Assembly (NCBI GenBank): GCA_964016885.1
Contig: OZ024741.1
Location: 25,916,001 to 25,980,000, forward strand
Source: Eledone cirrhosa
Lineage: Eukaryota
Direction: 5' to 3'
DNA length: 64,000 nt
The translations under genes were made by a program, and so were the position numbers. The notes below the pieces were generated by a model. It saw nothing but the letters and a program-made list of their open reading frames with translations. It was not told the DNA's origin and did no database searches. This document shows, in pieces, positions 12,701-25,079 of the stretch (within the stretch, counting starts at the first letter, position 1; each line of letters starts with the position of its first letter).

Positions 12701-15700
12701 GAATTGCTGGAGTGTTGCTCCAGGTAGAACTGCTACTTCTCCGAAATGAGAGATCACAGCTCCAGCACTACAGATGTGGTTAGAATGTCTCAGGAAAGAA
12801 TTGCTGGAGAGTTGCTCCAGGTAGAACTGCTACTTCTCCGAATTGAGAGATCACAGCTCCAGTACTAGAGATGTGGTTAGAATGTCTCAGGAAAGAATTG
12901 CTGGAGAGTTGCTCCAGGTAGAACTGCTACTTCTCCGAATTGAGAGATCACAGCTCCAGTACTAAGGATGTGGTTAGAATGTCTCAGGAAAGAATTGCTG
13001 GAGTGTTGCTCCAGGTAGAACTGCTACTTCTCCGAATTGAGAGATCACAGCTCCAGTACTACAGATGTGGTTAGAATGTCTCAGGAAAGAATTGCTGGAG
13101 AGTTGCTCCAGGTAGAACTGCTACTACTCCGAATTGAGAGATCACAGCTCCAGTACTAAGGATGTGGTTAGAATGTCTCAGGAAAGAATTGCTGGAGTGT
13201 TGCTCCAGGTAGAACTGCTACTTCTCCGAATTGAGAGATCACAGCTCCAGTACTACAGATGTGGTTAGAATGTCTCAGGAAAGAATTGCTGGAGAGTTGC
13301 TCCAGGTAGAACTGCAACTTCTCCGAATTGAGAGATCACAGCTCCAGTACTACAGATGTGGTTAGAATGTCTCAGGAAAGAATTGCTGGAGTGTTGCTCC
13401 AGGTAGAACTGCTACTTCTCCGAATTGAGAGCTCACAGCTCCAGTATTACAGATGTGGTTAGAATGTCTCAGGAAAGAATTGCTGGAGAGTTGCTCCAGG
13501 TAGAACTGCAACTTCTCCGAATTTAGAGATCACAGCTCCAGTACTACGGATGTGGTTAGAATGTCTCAGGAAAGAATTGCTGGAGAGTTGCTCCAGGTAG
13601 AACTGCAACTTCTCCGAAATGAGAGATCACAGCTCCAGTACTAAGGATGTGGTTAGAATGTCTCAGGAAAGAATTGCTGGAGAGTTGCTCCAGGTAGAAC
13701 TGCCACTTCTCCGAATTGAGAGATCACAGCTCCAGTACTAAGGATGTGGTTAGAATGTCTCAGTAAAGAATTGCTGGAGAGTTGCTCCAGGTAGAACTGC
13801 TACTTCTCCGAATTGAGAGGTCACAGCTCCAGTACTAAGGATGTGGTTAGAATGTCTCAGGAAAGAATTGCTGGAGAGTTGCTCCAGGTAGAACTGCTAC
13901 TTCTCCGAATTGAGAGATCACAGCTCCAGCACTACAGATGTGGTTAGAATGTCTCAGGAAAGAATTGCTGGAGAGTTGCTCCAGGTAGAACTGCTACTTC
14001 TCCGAATTGAGAGGTCACAGCTCCAGTACTAAGGATGTGGTTAGAATGTCTCAGGAAAGAATTGCTGGAGAGTTGCTCCAGGTAGAACTGCTACTTCTCC
14101 GAATTGAGAGATCACAGCTCCAGTACTAAGGATGTGGTTAGAATGTCTCAGGAAAGAATTGCTGGAGAGTTGCTCCAGGTAGAACTGCTACTTCTCCGAA
14201 TTGAGAGATCACAGCTCCAGTACTACAGATGTGGTTAGAATGTCTCAGGAAAGAATTGCTGGAGAGTTGCTCCAGGTAGAACTGCTACTTCTCCGAATTG
14301 AGAGGTCACAGCTCCAGTACTAAGGATGTGGTTAGAATGTCTCAGGAAAGAATTGCTGGAGAGTTGCTCCAGGTAGAACTGCTACTTCTCCGAATTGAGA
14401 GATCACAGCTCCAGTACTACAGATGTGGTTAGAATGTCTCAGGAAAGAATTGCTGGAGAGTTGCTCCAGGTAGAACTGCTACTTCTCCGAATTGAGAGGT
14501 CACAGCTCCAGCACTACAGATGTGGTTAGAATGTCTCAGGAAAGAATTGCTGGAGAGTTGCTCCAGGTAGAACTGCTACTTCTCCGAATTGAGAGGTCAC
14601 AGCTCCAGTACTACAGATGTGGTTAGAATGTCTCAGGAAAGAATTGCTGGAGAGTTGCTCCAGGTAGAACTGCTACTTCTCCGAATTGAGAGGTCACAGC
14701 TCCAGCACTACAGATGTGGTTAGAATGTCTCAGGAAAGAATTGCTGGAGAGTTGCTCCAGGTAGAACTGCTACTTCTCCGAATTGAGAGGTCACAGCTCC
14801 AGTACTACAGATGTGGTTAGAATGTCTCAGGAAAGAATTGCTGGAGAGTTGCTCCAGGTAGAACTGCTACTTCTCCGAATTGAGAGGTCACAGCTCCAGT
14901 ACTACAGATGTGGTTATAATGTCTCAGGAAAGAATTGCTGGAGAGTTGCTCCAGGTAGAACTGCAACTTCTCCGAATTGAGAGATCACAGCTCCAGTACT
15001 ACAGATGTGGTTAGAATGTCTCAGGAAAGAATTGCTGGAGAGTTGCTCCAGGTAGAACTGCTACTTCTCCGAATTGAGAGATCACAGCTCCAGTACTAAG
15101 GATGTGATTAGAATGTCTCAGGAAAGAATTGCTGGAGAGTTGCTCCAGGTAGAACTGCTACGTCTTCGAATTGAGAGATCACAGCTCCAGTACTAAGGAT
15201 GTGGTTAGAATGTCTCAGGAAAGAATTGCTGGAGAGTTGCTCCAGGTAGAACTGCTACTTCTCCGAATTGAGAGGTCACATTTCCAGTACTAAGGATGTG
15301 ATTAGAATGTCTCAGGAAAGAATTCCTGGAGAGTTGCTCCAGGTAGAACTGCTACTTCTCCGAATTGAGAGATCACAGCTCCAGTACTAAGGATGTGGTT
15401 AGAATGTCTCAGGAAAGAATTGCTGGAGAGTTGCTCCAGGTAGAACTGCTACTTCTCCGAATTGAGAGATCACAGCTCCAGTACTAAGGATGTGGTTAGA
15501 ATGTCTCAGGAAAGAATTGCTGGAGAGTTGCTCCAGGTAGAACTGCTACTTCTCCGAATTGAGAGATCACAGCTCCAGTACTAAGGATGTGGTTAGAATG
15601 TCTCAGGAAAGAATTGCAGGAGAGTTGCTCCAGGTAGAACTGCTACTTCTCCGAATTGAGAGATCACAGCTCCAGTACTAAGGATGTGGTTAGAATGTCT

Positions 15701-17960
15701 CAGGAAAGAATTGCTGGGTGTTGCTCCAGGTAGAACTGCTACTTCTCCGAAATGAGAGATCACAGCTCCAGCACTACAGATGTGGTTAGAATGTCTCAGG
15801 AAAGAATTGCTGGAGAGTTGCTCCAGGTAGAACTGCAACTTCTCCGAATTGAGAGATCACAGCTCCAGTACTACAGATGTGGTTATAATGTCTCAGGAAA
15901 GAATTGCTGGAGAGTTGCTCCAGGTAGAACTGCTACTTCTCCGAATTGAGAGATCACAGCTCCAGTACTAAGGATGTGATTAGAATGTCTCAGGAAAGAA
16001 TTGCTGGAGTGTTGCTCCAGGTAGAACTGCTACTTCTCCGAATTGAGAGATCACAGCTCCAGTACTACAGATGTGGTTAGAATGTCTCAGGAAAGAATTG
16101 CTGGAGAGTTGCTCCAGGTAGAACTGCAACTTCTCCGAATTGAGAGATCACAGCTCCACTACTAAGGATGTGGTTAGAATGTCTCAGGAAAGAATTGCTG
16201 GAGAGTTGCTCCAGGTAGAACTGCTACTACTGCGAATTGAGAGATCACAGCTCCAGTACTAAGGATGTGGTTAGAATGTCTCAGGAAAGAATTGCTGGAG
16301 AGTTGCTCCAGGTAGAACTGCTACTTCTCCGAAATGAGAGATCACAGCTCCAGCACTACAGATGTGGTTAGAATGTCTCAGGAAAGAATTGCTGGAGAGT
16401 TGCTCCAGGTAGAACTGCTACTTCTCCGAATTGAGAGATCACAGCTCCAGTACTAAGGATGTGATTAGAATGTCTCAGGAAAGAATTGCTGGAGAGTTGC
16501 TCCAGGTAGAACTGCTACTTCTCCGAATTGAGAGATCACAGCTCCACTACTAAGGATGTGGTTAGAATGTCTCAGGAAAGAATTGCTGGAGAGTTGCTCC
16601 AGGTAGAACTGCTACTTCTCCGAAATGAGAGATCACAGCTCCAGTACTAGAGATGTGGTTAGAATGTCTCAGGAAAGAATTGCTGGAGAGTTGCTCCAGG
16701 TAGAACCGCAACTTCTCCGAATTGAGAGATCACAGCACCACTACTAAGGATGTGGTTAGAATGTCTCAGTAAAGAATTGCTGGAGAGTTGCTCCAGGTAG
16801 AACTGCTATTCCTCTGAATTGAGAGATCACAGCTCCGGTTCTAAGGATGTGGTTAGAATGTCTCAGGAAAGAATTGCTGGAGAGTTGCTCCAGGTAGAAC
16901 TGCTACTTCTCCGAATTGAGAGCTCACAGCTCCAGCACTACAGATGTGGTTAGAATGTCTCAGGAAAGAATTGCTGGAGAGTTGCTCCAGGTATAACTGC
17001 TACTTCTCCGAATTGAGAGATCACAGCTCCAGTACTACAGATGTGGTTAGAATGTCTCAGGAAAGAATTGCAGGAGAGTTGCTCCAGGTAGAACTGCTAC
17101 TTCTCCGAATTGAGAGATCACAGCTCCAGTACTACAGATGTGGTTAGAATGTCTCAGGAAAGAATTGCTGGAGAGTTGCTCCAGGTAGAACTGCTACTTC
17201 TCCGAATTGAGAGATCACAGCACCACTACTAAGAATGTGGTTAGAATGTCTCAGGACAGAATTGCTGGAGAGTTGCTCCAGGTAGAACTGCTACTTCTCC
17301 GAATTGAGAGATCACAGCTCCAGTACTACAGATGTGGTTAGAATGTCTCAGGAAAGAATTGCTGGAGAGTTGCTCCAGGTAGAACTGCTACTTCTCCGAA
17401 TTGAGAGATCACAGCACCACTACTAAGAATGTGGTTAGAATGTCTCAGGAAAGAATTGCTGGAAAGTTGCTCCAGGTAGAACTGCTACTTCTCCGAATTG
17501 AGAGGTCACAGCTCCAGTACTAAGGATGTGATTAGAATGTCTCAGGAAAGAATTGCTGGAGAGTTGCTCCAGGTAGAACTGCTACTTCTCCGAATTGAGA
17601 GATCACAGCACCACTACTAAGGATGTGGTTAGAATGTCTCAGGAAAGAATTGCTGGAGAGTTGCTCCAGGTAGAACTGCTACTTCTCCGAATTGAGAGGT
17701 CACAGCTCCAGTACTAAGGATGTGATTAGAATGTCTCAGGAAAGAATTGCTAGACAGAATTTTCGGACAAAATCAGGCAGGAAACCCTGGGGTAGACCCC
17801 AAACAAGATGGTTGGATAACATCCATGAGCTTGGCTGGTCATGCTTGGGCATCCAGCTGGATCAGTTGGAGACAGTTGTTTGACAGAACCCACTAGAAGT
17901 ATTTGAGGACTCTGCCCCCACAACAGTCTCAGGAATAAGTGGGTGAAGAAGAAGGAAAAG
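3800..17960 (+). mobile_element. Old RTE-clade LINE 3' fragment (family C) interrupted by the satellite expansion
   Basis: Left flank translates KAKLATFN*VFKPTLTYGHESWLMTKRIGSQIQAAE...LQVEPLLLQIGRSQLRYCGHVVRMSQERIA. Right flank continues RQNFRTKSGRKPWGRPQTRWLDNI. Together these give the typical RTE/Expander C-terminus (YG.ESW, GHV.RM, GRP..RW). Confidence 0.85.
3990..17751. repeat. 97-bp satellite array, ~141 monomers, derived from RTE coding sequence, with higher-order duplications
   Basis: gagagttgct recurs at 4081 and 4178 (97 bp). Diagnostic variants recur at offsets of 483, 776 and 3685 bp. Confidence 0.97.
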
Positions 17961-18490
17961 AAATGTGTGTCCCCTGTAGGATATACCATTGGGGTATGAT
18001 TTTCAGAGGTATTATTTTAACATATTTTCACTCCTGTTATTTAAATTTTCCTGTTATCAATGACTTTACGCATAGCTTCATTCTCACTCTGTTTGAAAGG
18101 GGTAAATATTTAGGTTAGCACTAATATAGATGAAGAGGAGGAGATTGGAAGAGGACTCTTTAATCCATCCATGGTGGCAGTGGTGATGGGAGTGGTAATG
18201 GTGGTAGTGGTGGTGGTAGTGGTAATGGTGGCAGTGGTGGTGGTGGTAGTGCCGGTGGTAATAGTGATGCTGATGGTGGTGATAGTAGTAGTAGTGGAGC
18301 AGGAGTTCCTTATCTGTATAACAACAACAACAGCAGCAGTGTCTGGGTTAGTTTATCATCAGTATGAGACATCCTATGATCTGGCTATGTTTGTAGTAAA
18401 TATATTAGTTTCTTCTACAGGTAGATGTTAAGACTTGGAGCTACCATGGGAGGGGGGATGGTAGAGGGAGAGGGGTAATTAGAAATATGT

Positions 18491-19365
18491 ATCATCATCA
18501 TCATCATCACCGTTTTACGTCCGCTCTTCCACGCTAGCATGGGTTAGACGGGTTGTCCTGTTGTGGGCAGTGTCTGGTCGGCTGACCATGCCTTGCTCAT
18601 ACAGGAACTGATCTGGCTTGATTTCTACAGCTGGATGCCCTTTCTAACACCAACCTCATTTACAGTGAGTGCTGGGTGCTTTTTCGTGGCGCCTACACGT
18701 CCACTTTACAGTGTGGGCTGGGTGCTTTTTTGCCGTGGCACCTCCACGACCACCTTGCGGTGGGGGGGGGGGGGGCATATTGTTTATATGCTTCAGCATG
18801 TACCCATGGGAGGTCGGGTACCCTGTATTACTGCGTGACGCCAGAAGTCACGGTCGTGTGTCATTGACTTTGAGAGGTGTAGTTGGGTAAGGTCGGCTTT
18901 TATCACCTCATCCCAAGTCATCTTGGGTCTCCCCACTCCGCGGTTTCCATCAACTTCTAGTGCTCTGCACCTTTTTATGCAGCTGTCATCCTTCATACGC
19001 ATCACATGTCCATACCAGCGTAACCGCCTCTCCTGCACGCAGCATTTGATTCCTCTTATGCTCAGTCTCTCTCTCAATTCATTTATGCTTTGTCGTTCAC
19101 GTATATTACTGTTACACATCCATCGGAGCATGCAGGCTTCGTTTCTCTCTAATCTACGTAGGTCTTCCACCTTCAGCGCCCAGGTCTCACTACCATGCAA
19201 CATCGCTGTTCGGATACACGCATCATACAGTCTGCCTTTCATTCTGAGGGAGAAGCCTTTTGCAGCTAGCAGTGGTAGTAGTTCCCTAAACTTCTTCCAT
19301 CCCGTTCTTACCCTAGTTATTGTACTTTCTGAGCACCCACCTCCGTTGCTAATTCGGTCACCTAG
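18491..19365 (-). mobile_element. 5'-truncated RTE LINE, family A, with (GAT)n tail; near-identical to 48061-48940
   Basis: ORF 18793-19242 equals the C-terminus of ORF 46140-48635 except one residue (WAL vs WVL). The 3' UTR and tail match. Confidence 0.95.
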
Positions 19366-19423
19366 TATATACCTTTATATGTATATATATTGGGTGTATA
19401 TATATATATGAGTATATATATAT

Positions 19424-19637
19424 GAGTAACGAAGGAAATGTGGTAAGGAACCAGATGGACCATAATGCACCAGAGTACTCAATGTTTAGGGTAGTAGAGT
19501 GGGTAATAGGAAAAAGTATGACCCCGGCAGCAGAGCTCAAGCTGTTTCGACGGCTATTTCTGGACTCAATAGCTGTCCAGAAATAGCCGTCGAAATGGCT
19601 TGAGCTCTGCTGTCGGGGTCATACTTTTTCCTATTAT
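19424..19637 (+). mobile_element. Short non-autonomous element ending in a ~60-bp-stem hairpin, inserted in (TA)n
   Basis: Arm taataggaaaaagtatgacccc...ctatttctggac and its near-perfect reverse complement around a 9-nt loop. Other copies at 27537-27724 (inverted) and 30060-30232 (diverged). Confidence 0.75.
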
Positions 19638-20939
19638 ATATGAGTATATATATGTATGTATGAGTATATATGTATATATGTATGAGTATATATATATGTA
19701 TATATGTATGAGTATATATATATATGTATATATGTATGAGTATATATATATATATATGTATGTATATGTATGTGTGTATATGTGTGAGTGTCTCTGTGTG
19801 TATATATATATATATGTATGTATATATATATATGTATGAGTGTGTGTGTATATGTATGTGTGTGTGTATATATATATATATATAGATAGATATGTTTACA
19901 CACATAATTGAGTCTTGGTATGGACATTTTTCCAATTAATCCCACCATGTGTTGTAAGTGATATTGTTGGATTAATTGGCAAAGTGACCCTCCCTACATA
20001 CAACTATATATATAGTTGTATGTATATATATATATATATATATATATACAACTATATATATATATGTGTGTGTGGGGGGCATATATATGTGGTGTGTGTA
20101 TATGCATCTGTGTATGCATATGTATGTGTGCATATATGTGTATCCATATATATTTGTCTATGTATATATGTGTGTGTGTTTCCATCATCATCCTAATGGC
20201 AACCCTTGTAGTTCCCTCATATGACACAGGGATACAGTGTACTTATTCTAAAGAAAACAGGATGCATATGGATAATAAATATGTCTGGGTATATAGATAT
20301 ACATACCATACTATATACACACATCATATGCATGTATAACATATATCCAACACATATATATATCACCATCATCATCATCGTTGTCATTTTATATGAGTTT
20401 TCCATCAACTTGCCTCATTGCTTTATGTCTAGCTCTAACTATAAAGTCATTCATTACTCACTGGCCTATGTTAGTAGAACATTCATCTCAAGAGAGAGAC
20501 TTAACATTTTCAACCATCAGTCTGTCTTAATTTCTTGTGAGAATATAATGTATCTGTGTTGTGTGTACACCTGACAGGTAGGTAATCAGGTGGTTGGTTT
20601 CCTTGCAAATTGTCAGTTTATTTACCTCACAGAACTCCAGGAGCCTGGGTCTCTGCCCATTCCTTACACCAAAGTCATAGCCACCATCACATCACGGGAC
20701 TCCAGGGGCCTGAATACCTCCTCATTCCTTACATCAAAGCCATAACTTCCATGCATACTGTGAAATCCATCTTGGTGCTTCTCAACATATCAAGGCTGTT
20801 TTTCGGATGCTTAGAAGTTGTTCTTCTTCTTCTCCTTTCCCTCCTCCTTCTCCTTTCCCTCCTCCTTCTTCTCTTCCTTCTTCCTTCTCCTCCTCTGCAT
20901 CTTCCTTCTCCTCCTCCTCTCATCCTCCTCCTCCCCCAC

Positions 20940-21260
20940 CTCCTTGTCCTATTTATTCCTGAGAGGGTTGTGGAGGCAGAGTCATCAGACATTCCTTCTA
21001 GAAGGTCCTAACAGAATCAACCATCTTTAAACAATCTTGCTCATGGTCCATCTACCCTTAGGGTCTCCTGCCAGACAGTTTTTGCCCATAAAAATATTTC
21101 CTTAGATATTCTAACTACATGTCCATAGTAATAGAGTTGTGATCTCTCAATGTGGAGAAGTAGCAGCTCCCTGATTACAGAGCCATGAACCCTATTGTGT
21201 AACATTACAGAAGGCAGCCTTTGAATGAAGCCTTTCTCAGCTGCTTGTATTCTAATCAAT
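20940..21260 (-). mobile_element. Another degenerate RTE family C fragment with a single satellite-monomer equivalent
   Basis: ORF 21041-21259 reads RIQAAEKGF...RELLLLHIERSQLYYYGHVVRISKE. Confidence 0.8.
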
Positions 21261-21277
21261 ATTTCTACAATTAAACA

Positions 21278-21410
21278 ATAATTGTTTCTACTTTAGGCAC
21301 AAGACCAGCAATCACCCAGTACATTACTGGTACTTTATTTTATCGACCCCCATAAGGATGAAAGGCAAAGTTAACCTCGGTGGGATTTGAACTCAGACTG
21401 TAAAGGGACG
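21278..21410 (-). mobile_element. Deu/Nin-type SINE, partial
   Basis: Same core as 2735-2927. Confidence 0.8.
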
Positions 21411-22039
21411 TATCAATAATGATATATTGGGTTAGGAAAGCTGCTAAGACACCAATTCATGACAATAGATCTATTAATTCATTCTTGCCTATACTTAAAT
21501 TATACATACATGGCATGTGAGGTGGTGGTGGTGGGGGGGTCACAAAGGGTTTATCTGAAACTGTGTGTGTGAGAGAGATACAAGAGGGTGAAAGGCTATA
21601 AACTGTGTGTGAGAGTGAGGAGGAGATAGTGACAGAGAAAGAGATAGAGAGAGAAAATAGATAAGGATGAAAGGCTATGGAAATGTGAGTGAGAAAAGGA
21701 GGGGGGGGGGAGAAAGAAATACAGAAGGATGAAAGGAAATAGAGAGAGATAGAGAGAGGGGGAGAGGAAGGAAGTTAGCCTTATGAAAGTAATACTAGCT
21801 GACAGGAGATAATTTCTATAATGGGAGGTGTGGTGTTGTCTTCACCATAATTACAATCTTCTATTCAATCTGTCCTCACCACTAAACTTTCAGGGTTAGT
21901 CTTCTGCCATAACCCACTTTGCTGTTAGCTTTGTTTTTCCCATCAAGACTTTTCTTTTTGTAGATTTCTGCCTTTTTGATTGTTCCACAAAGAAAGAGGT
22001 TGAAATATGGAAATGTTTTACATTTTAATTAATAGATTA

Positions 22040-22897
22040 CATGTGACAGCTTTATTTACTGATGTCGTAAAACAGGTTGGTTTGTTGTTGCTTGTCCTAG
22101 AACAAGTCCTCTCAGTGGAGTTGGACGCCTCCCCCCACAGGTGGAGTGGCTGTTTCAGCTCGGCTTCCTTGCCTTGTCTGGAGCAATATATTCTCCATCC
22201 TATCAGGCCTGTACCCAGAGGCGGAGTGTAAGTTAGTTGATGGTGGAGGTTACTCATTTGATAGACACTAAGAAAGATTATAGCACCTTTAACTGAATGA
22301 ACATTCAATACATATGAGAAATATAAGCAAATAACCATGTACATGCACACATATACATATGTATATTTTCATGAACTAGTCCTCTGCTTATTATGATATA
22401 TTATAGAGTGTCTTGTTTTAGGGCAGTGGTATCCAGCCAGGTGTTCACAGATTCCTGGAGGGGGAGCCCAAAAAGGTAGAACTAAGGGTCTGTGTGCTAA
22501 ATTCAAAATCTTCAGTACTTTTAAAAAACATAAGACATATATGACGGGTAGTTGTTTTAAAGTGCTGTAGCAGCCCCAAACCTTCAACCTGGAAAAAAAA
22601 GATTTGGCATGTTAGCTTATTATAACCATATGAAGGATGTATTAGAGTGACAGTTATGCAACATCCGGCTGCCATTTACAGTGACAAAGGTTTGAACCCA
22701 GTGGGTCACAAAGTCTCTTGCCTGGTGCCCTGCAATGATGAGGGAGGGGCAATTAAGAAATTAAGAAAAGGTCTTAAAACTTCTAGAGTACACCTCGTAC
22801 ACATTCTACAGGGTGTGCATAAAGTCTTTGAAACCACAAAACACTGAGCATTTTGTTTCATAGATGTCATTTTGTTATTGAAAATCACAACTATTTC
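22040..22897 (-). pseudogene. Possible decayed, intron-containing Mutator/MULE-like transposase remnant
   Basis: Strong acceptor-like sites (ttctacag|22897 and ttttttttccag|22588). Frame-broken peptides EIVV(D)F, VEGLGL, LVLPF..PP and RTSNN occur in the order expected for MULE motifs. Similarity is weak and judged by eye. Confidence 0.3.
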
Positions 22898-23159
22898 CTG
22901 TAGAATAGAAAATGTAAAATATGTTCAGAAAAACTTTAAACTTGAAATTTATAAATTAAAACAATGAAAAAGTAAAATCTCAAATAGTATCTGAGATGTG
23001 GTACTTTATAATCAGGGAAAGACTGTTCACCTGTATATGGTATTCATTCTTCTCTAAGTAGAAATATATCTCTCTGTTGTTCTCACTATATAACAAAATA
23101 GTGTGGGAGTAATTATAGGGGACGGAGGAGTTCTATGTTAAAATTCATTTAAAGAAAAA

Positions 23160-23550
23160 GCCATCATCATCATTGTCGTTTTAACATCCACTTTCCCTAC
23201 AAGCAAGGGTTGGACGGGTCTACATAGACCAAATCCATACTGAAGCAGAGCCACTGATCTCCCAGGAAAGAGAGGGATCTGTGTGCTTATATATGGTCTC
23301 GCATTCCATCGATTGCTCAGGAGAAGTTGTCATGCCTTTGACACAACTAGGGGTCCTCCTAACCCTTTGTCTAACAAGTTTTCTACAGCTGGATGCTCTT
23401 CCTATCTCCAACCACTTTACAGCGTGGACTGGGTGTATTTAGTGTGTAGATCACCAACACTAGGGAGGCTGTCATGTCCTTGACATGACTGAACGGTCCT
23501 CCCGACACATTGTTTGCTTGGTAAGCTCTCCATGGCTGGAAACCCTTCCT
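23160..23550 (-). mobile_element. Old non-autonomous element with an RTE-type (GAT)n tail
   Basis: catcatcatcattgtcgttttaacatccactttcc and ttttctacagctggatgc motifs are shared with the RTE 3' UTRs. A related piece lies at 30490-30700. Confidence 0.6.
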
Positions 23551-23635
23551 ACCACCAAATGGGAGAGAGGAGGCTGCCAGGAATGGGGGGGGGGGTGAAA
23601 TAATGAAGTTGAGAATAACTGTTAAGGAGTGTTAG

Positions 23636-24070
23636 TGTTGGATGTTGTGAGGTGGAGTGTTGGATGTTGTGAGGTGGAGTGTTGGATGTTGTGAGGTGGA
23701 GTGTTGGATGTTGTGAGGTGGAGTGTTGGATGTTGTGAGGTGGAGTGTTGGATGTTGTGAGGTGGAGTGTAGGATGTTGTGAGGTGGAGTGTTGGATGTT
23801 GTGAGGTGGAGTGTTGGATGTTGTGAGGTGGAGTGTTGGATGTCGTGATGTGAGGTGGAGTGTTGGATGTTGTGAGGTGGAGTGTTGGATGTTGTGAGGT
23901 GGAGTGTTGGATGTTGTGAGGTGGAGTGTTGGATGTTGTGAGGTGGAGTGTTGGATGTTGTGAGGTGGAGTGTTGGATGTTGTAAGGTGGAGTGTAGGAT
24001 GTTGTGAGGTGGAGTGTTGGATGTTGTGAGGTGGAGTGTTGGATGTTGTAAGGTGGAGTGTAGGATGTTG
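23636..24070. repeat. 22-bp minisatellite (GATGTTGTGAGGTGGAGTGTTG), ~20 copies
   Basis: gatgtt recurs at 23641 and 23663. Confidence 0.95.
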
Positions 24071-25079
24071 AAGGTGTGGGGTAAAGTATAGGAGGCTATA
24101 GTAATGGGGTGGTGGAGGAGTGTAGCAGGTTGTGGGCGTATAGTGGAGTGTAGGAGTTTGTGGAGAGAGGCGTGAGGTAATGGTGGTGTAGTGATTTTCA
24201 TGGTAGTGGTGGTGGGGGTGTTGAGAATATTTATATTGCTGATGGAGATGATGTAAATGGTAGCAGAATTTGATATTAATGGTGTTGTGGTGATGATGAA
24301 TGTAAGTGGGTATATATATATATGAATAAAGTGGTCCTTCATCAGTGATCTTCCAACCATCATCGGTATTTCTTCGCTTTAAAGACCATATACCTCCGGT
24401 TGGTGCGAGCAACGGCTAAAGAAAGTCGTTGGGACATGTAAATAAAGGGAACAGCGAGAGTGTAAACAAACAAAGATGGTGAAGCAACGAAAAGTGAGGA
24501 AGAACGGGTCAAGTCCCAAATTTCTATGAATATAAGTTTGGTGAAATCATGAACGAGAGAGAATAAAGACCATCAAACCTGGTTGAAATGTGAGCAAGGA
24601 AGGAATTTTGCACAGGTCAAACGGGAGGAAGAAGGGGTCTAGTCCGTGAATTCGGTAAACATAAGTTCTGTGAATTCGGTAAACATAAGTTCTGTGAAAT
24701 CGTAGACGAGAGAGAGAAAAAAGGTGAACCGGCCTGGCCAAGCGTGCGAAAGAAAAGAATTACGCACAGGTCAAACGGGAAGAAGGAGGAGGAGGAGAGG
24801 TAGTAACAGAAAGTGAGTGAGGGAAGGGTGAGGAAGAGGCTAACAGAGAGAGTGACCGTTAGAGAGGGTAAAGATACAGAGAAAGAGGAAGCAGTAAGAA
24901 CGAAATAGACGGGTCACAGCGGGGGAAAAAAATATGTGTAAATATTAGAATAAACGTGCTGCGGAGTTGCAAATGGGTTACATATGAATAAAGTGGTCCT
25001 TCATCAGTATATTTGTGAAATGGGTGGTGGTTGAAATTCAGATGTGCATAGTTAAATGGTAGTAGACGTCGTCGGAGGG

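Noticed and set aside
3990-17751. CRISPR-like array or repeat-protein gene
   Set aside because: Monomers are contiguous with no unique spacers, 97 is not a multiple of 3, stops recur, and the context is eukaryotic with no cas genes.
19504-19635. G-U-only mismatches in the hairpin as proof of RNA-level selection
   Set aside because: The inverted copy at 27537 also shows mostly plus-strand G-T mismatches, so ordinary transitions explain them equally well.
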